From Prorocentrum cordatum (lineage: Eukaryota): 64,000 nucleotides of DNA. Under the pieces are notes generated by a model. It was given only the letters and a program-made list of their open reading frames with translations. It searched no databases and was not told where the DNA came from. Positions 60,127-64,000 of the stretch are shown piece after piece; within the stretch, counting starts at the first letter, position 1; each line of letters starts with the position of its first letter. A program made the translations under genes and the position numbers. The stretch is taken from positions 124,001 through 188,000 of the forward strand of contig CAUYUJ010000148.1 in NCBI GenBank assembly GCA_963575745.1, written 5' to 3'.

Positions 60127-61349
60127 GGGTGGTGAACACTGGAGCAGCTCTGCCGCTGCAACAGACGAAGGGGCCCCGGGACACACACACAAAGAAATAC
60201 ACACAACTCCCAGGAGTCCTCTTGTTTCTCAATTTTGGGGGACGAAAGTTCCCCCCGCGCTCCCCACATTTTCGCAAGTGTTCCCGGGAACCGACGACTC
60301 CCTGCGCCCGTGCCATCTTCTTCCCTCCTGAACCGAGCCCGCCCCCACGCGACGGGCCCGCGCGCCCGAGGCCGGGCGAGAGCGTGCCGGCGCCCGGCCT
60401 TGGCGACCACCGCCGCCTGCCAGTCGTGGAGGCCCTGCATGCTGCACCGCCCACTCCTTCGCTGGATGCCGTCGGCGGCGGCGAGAGGGGCGAAGAGCCC
60501 AGGGGCGGGCATGGCACGTTTTCGCCCGGGAGCCTCTTCGAAGACCTCGATCATCGGCACCCCTGGATACATGTACTGCTCCCCCTCTGGGCTATTCGGC
60601 CCCATCGTCGCCTCCGACGCAGACTTGACACGGCGACCTTCGTCTCAGGTTGTTCCCATCGTACGTTGGAGGGCAGAGAACCCACTCCCATAAGAATCAC
60701 CCCGGCACGCGGAGTCGTCTGGTAAACGCCCCCGGGGAAGGATTCGATCAGGGCAGGGCTGTTTAGTAAACGCCTAGAGCCTAGAGCCATTTAGTAAAGG
60801 CCATCTTGTCAGGTCTGGGTGGCCTTCATCCCTTGATACTTAACGACCGCATCCCATAAATGAATTCGAGCACCCTGAAAAACATCAAAACAATACATTT
60901 CCGACGCGCTCTGGCGAAGTGTCGAGCGAGTATCGCCTCCCGGAGCCCGACATGGGAGAACCCTTCAGTTCCGGTATTTCCTTGGTGATCGAAATTGTTT
61001 CTGGTGGACAAACAACCCTCATTCCATGCGCGCCCGCTCGAGGATTGTGCACTTCCCGCATGGCTGCTACCTCCTAGCCTCCTCATCCCACGCGCACCCG
61101 CCCGAGGATCGTGCACTTCCCGCATTCCCAGCCGCTGCTCACAAGCGCTCCAGGGCCTCCCAAGCAACGGCCCCTCGTTAAAACCCTATGGGTCTGCGTC
61201 CCGAGATTCCAAGACGTCCCGTGCAGGCAACCAAGGAAACAAAGATGGCCCAAGATGCCTCGGAGACGGCTCAAGATGGCAAGGCGTCCGAATATTGATG
61301 CAAGAAGGCACAATATATCTCCAAGAAGACCCAACATGGCCACAATAGG

Positions 61350-61381
<32 letters not shown>

Positions 61382-62325
61382 CCATCACCATCACCATCAC
61401 CATCATCATCATCATCAGCATCATCATCGTCATCAACATTAGCATCGACATCAACACAAACATCAGCATCATAATCACCATCATCATCTTACAGAACCAC
61501 CATCACCACCATCAGCAACAGCAACATCAGCGTCGCCGTCGTCGCGCTCGTCGAAGTCGTCGTCGTCGTCGCCGTCAGCATCCTCGTCATCAACATAATT
61601 GGCATCATCATCGTCAGCATCATCATTACAACCAACGACGTCACTGTCATCATCGTCGTCGTATCATCATCCTCGTCCCCATTCTCCTCCACAGCATCAT
61701 CCACATCACCATCATCATTGTCATCAACATCACCATCATCAACATCATCACCATCAACATCATCAACAGCATCATGGTCGTCGTCGACGACGTCGTCTTT
61801 ATCACTACCGTCATCAGCATCACCATCATCATCAGCAACATCATCATCGCCATCATAAGCATCGTAATCACCAGCACCACAATCATCATGCTCGTCCTCA
61901 TCCTCGTCGACCTCATCATCAACATCAACATCATCACACGCATCATCGTTATTCTCAATGGCACCATAACCATCAACAACGCCAACTTCATCGCAATCGT
62001 CATCGTCGACGTCGTCGTCGGCCTCATGCTCAACGATATCACCACTGTATGCATTATCAACATTAGCAACATCATCAATAGCAACATCACCATCGGCATC
62101 ACCATCAACATCACTACCACCATCACACACCATCACCATCACCATCGCCATCACCATCATCAACATCAACATCATCATAACAATCACCGTGACCATATCA
62201 TCACCATCGTCGCCACCGTCTTCGAACAATCACCATCAACCATCATCATCAACATCGTCATTATCAACACCATCAACATCATCATCATCATCAACATCAT
62301 CATCGAAATCACCTGTCATCCTCAT
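61350..62325. repeat. ~1-kb degenerate (CAT)n tract
   Basis: Direct reading. Confidence 0.95.
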
Positions 62326-64000
62326 GTTCTTCATCACGGCTCTCCCAAGCCTGGAGAGACAACGTGTCACATGTGATGGCCTCCCGTGAACCTCGAACAG
62401 TCGCTACCCAGAACACTGGGCTGGCACGGTGGCGGGGCGTTTCGCAGGCAGATGGATAGACACAATTCCAAAGATACCAAGATGTTCCAATAGTTTGGGC
62501 TGTTAGAATCCCCCCTATCTCTTGTCCTATAGTTTTCACTGAAATCGCCGATGAGTCGTGCCTGTACCTGTTTTTCCCTCCTGAGGGGTCTCCTCCCTCG
62601 CGCGGCCCCCGTGCGCGCGCCGCCAGAGCGAAGCCTGGCCAGAGAATCTCAAGGCGAACCAACCACCGCGTTCGAGATACGCCAAAATAAAAGAGATGCC
62701 AAGCACCACGTGGAACACGGATGCCTATAATCACCGCGCTACCAGAAGGAATGCATCATAAGGAACGAAGGGGCTGTTTTTCTGGCAACGGCTGACCCAT
62801 GCCAAAAAACAGGCTTCACGACAGAACTCTTTGGAACGGCGCGAAACACCGAGGCCCTCCTGAGCCCAAAGCGGTCCGTATTTCAGCCTCTTGCCTGTAT
62901 GCCAGCTCGTGCGTCTACGGGCCGACAATGTGGCATGCCACTTTTACGTTTATCTACACATTAGCGATTCGACGGGGTGAGATTCACTGCGGCACATGCG
63001 GGAACAATGAGGCACCTAATGAGGATAAGGCTGCATCTCCTATGAACAACGAACTCGCGTGCATGACACAACACATGCGACGCACAACATGACACAATGG
63101 GACATTTGTCGTGTAGCAGCGTGGTCCAATCTGGAATGATGCCTTACAGGACGAAGCCGCAGGACTGGGAAGAGCAGTGGAAGAACAATGGACAGGACGA
63201 GGATTAGAGGACGAGGAGGGGAGGATGGGGAGGACGTGGAGTGGGATCGCGTGCCCCAAACTTCCGTTCATTCTACCTCACCCCCACAAGGTCCACGCAA
63301 TCACATGAACGTCCTCCCTCTACCTCCCTCTGGTGGCGGTGGGAAACACGAGTGGCCCACGCGGCGGCCGCGCGCGCTCGGGGCGTGGAGGCGTTTGGCG
63401 GCTGCGTGGCGCGCGCACGCGTGGGCGAGAGAAAGGGGGAGCGCTGCCTCGAACTTTGTGGATGCCATGGCAGTGGACACCATAACAGTCCTATGATTGA
63501 GTTAAAAGTGTGGTTAACATGTGTGAACAATGACCTGGAAATGTTTCAAACATGTGCTGTTTACATGTATAGAACACGTCTAAAGCATATGGACTTCATT
63601 TGGCATCATGACTCCTCTCCACTGATCGTCGTCCAGAACTCGAGCTCGACTTCGGTCTGCGGGCCTCGGCGTCGCCCTCCTCGGGGCGGCACGGTGCACC
63701 AGCGGGGCACCGGGAGTCCGCTGGCAGCGCAGCCCCACCACCGTCCCGCTGGGGAAGCGATCGTGCACGTTCGTGCTTCAACAAAGTTGACAGAAGGGGG
63801 AGGGGGAGGGGTAGGAGGAGGAGGAAGAGGAGGAGGAGGAGGAGGATGAGGAAGATGAAGCCTTCTCTGATCGTTTGTTGCGAGAGCTATTTGGAGGAGG
63901 GGGTGTCTGTAGGGCAATACTGCCATCACTATCCAGGAAGAGGGGGACAAGGAGGAGGAAGAGGGGGAGGAGAACGAGGAGGGGGATGGAGACGAGGTAG

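Noticed and set aside
61083..62376. 421-aa Ile/His-rich and Met/Asp-rich ORFs
   Set aside because: They are translations of the (CAT)n tract.

Overview
GC-rich, repeat-dense eukaryotic DNA, most likely dinoflagellate. The evidence is near-perfect relics of the 22-nt dinoflagellate spliced leader (SL) and inferred GA/GC intron donors with AG|G acceptors. The main object is a 17.3-kb DNA element (1172-18472) bounded by 45-bp terminal inverted repeats (TIRs, 43/45 identical) and flanked by CCGG on both sides. It interrupts the C-terminal coding region of a CRE/R2-type LINE, whose reading frame rejoins when the element is removed. The element carries an intron-containing hAT-like DDE transposase, a C5 cytosine methyltransferase, a large protein with a putative ParB-like N-terminus and a beta-class amino-MTase-like C-terminus, several smaller ORFs and a central palindromic repeat array. 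Each of its seven genes has a degenerate SL relic upstream. Most of these genes have frameshifts or stops, so this copy is decaying or contains homopolymer errors. The rest of the window holds an 89-bp satellite, long (TAG)n/(CAT)n/(GAG)n tracts, two decayed LINEs, a second decayed DDE-like gene, MITE-like elements and dispersed repeats. No ordinary host gene could be identified with confidence. All protein-family calls come from motif recognition by eye, not database searches.
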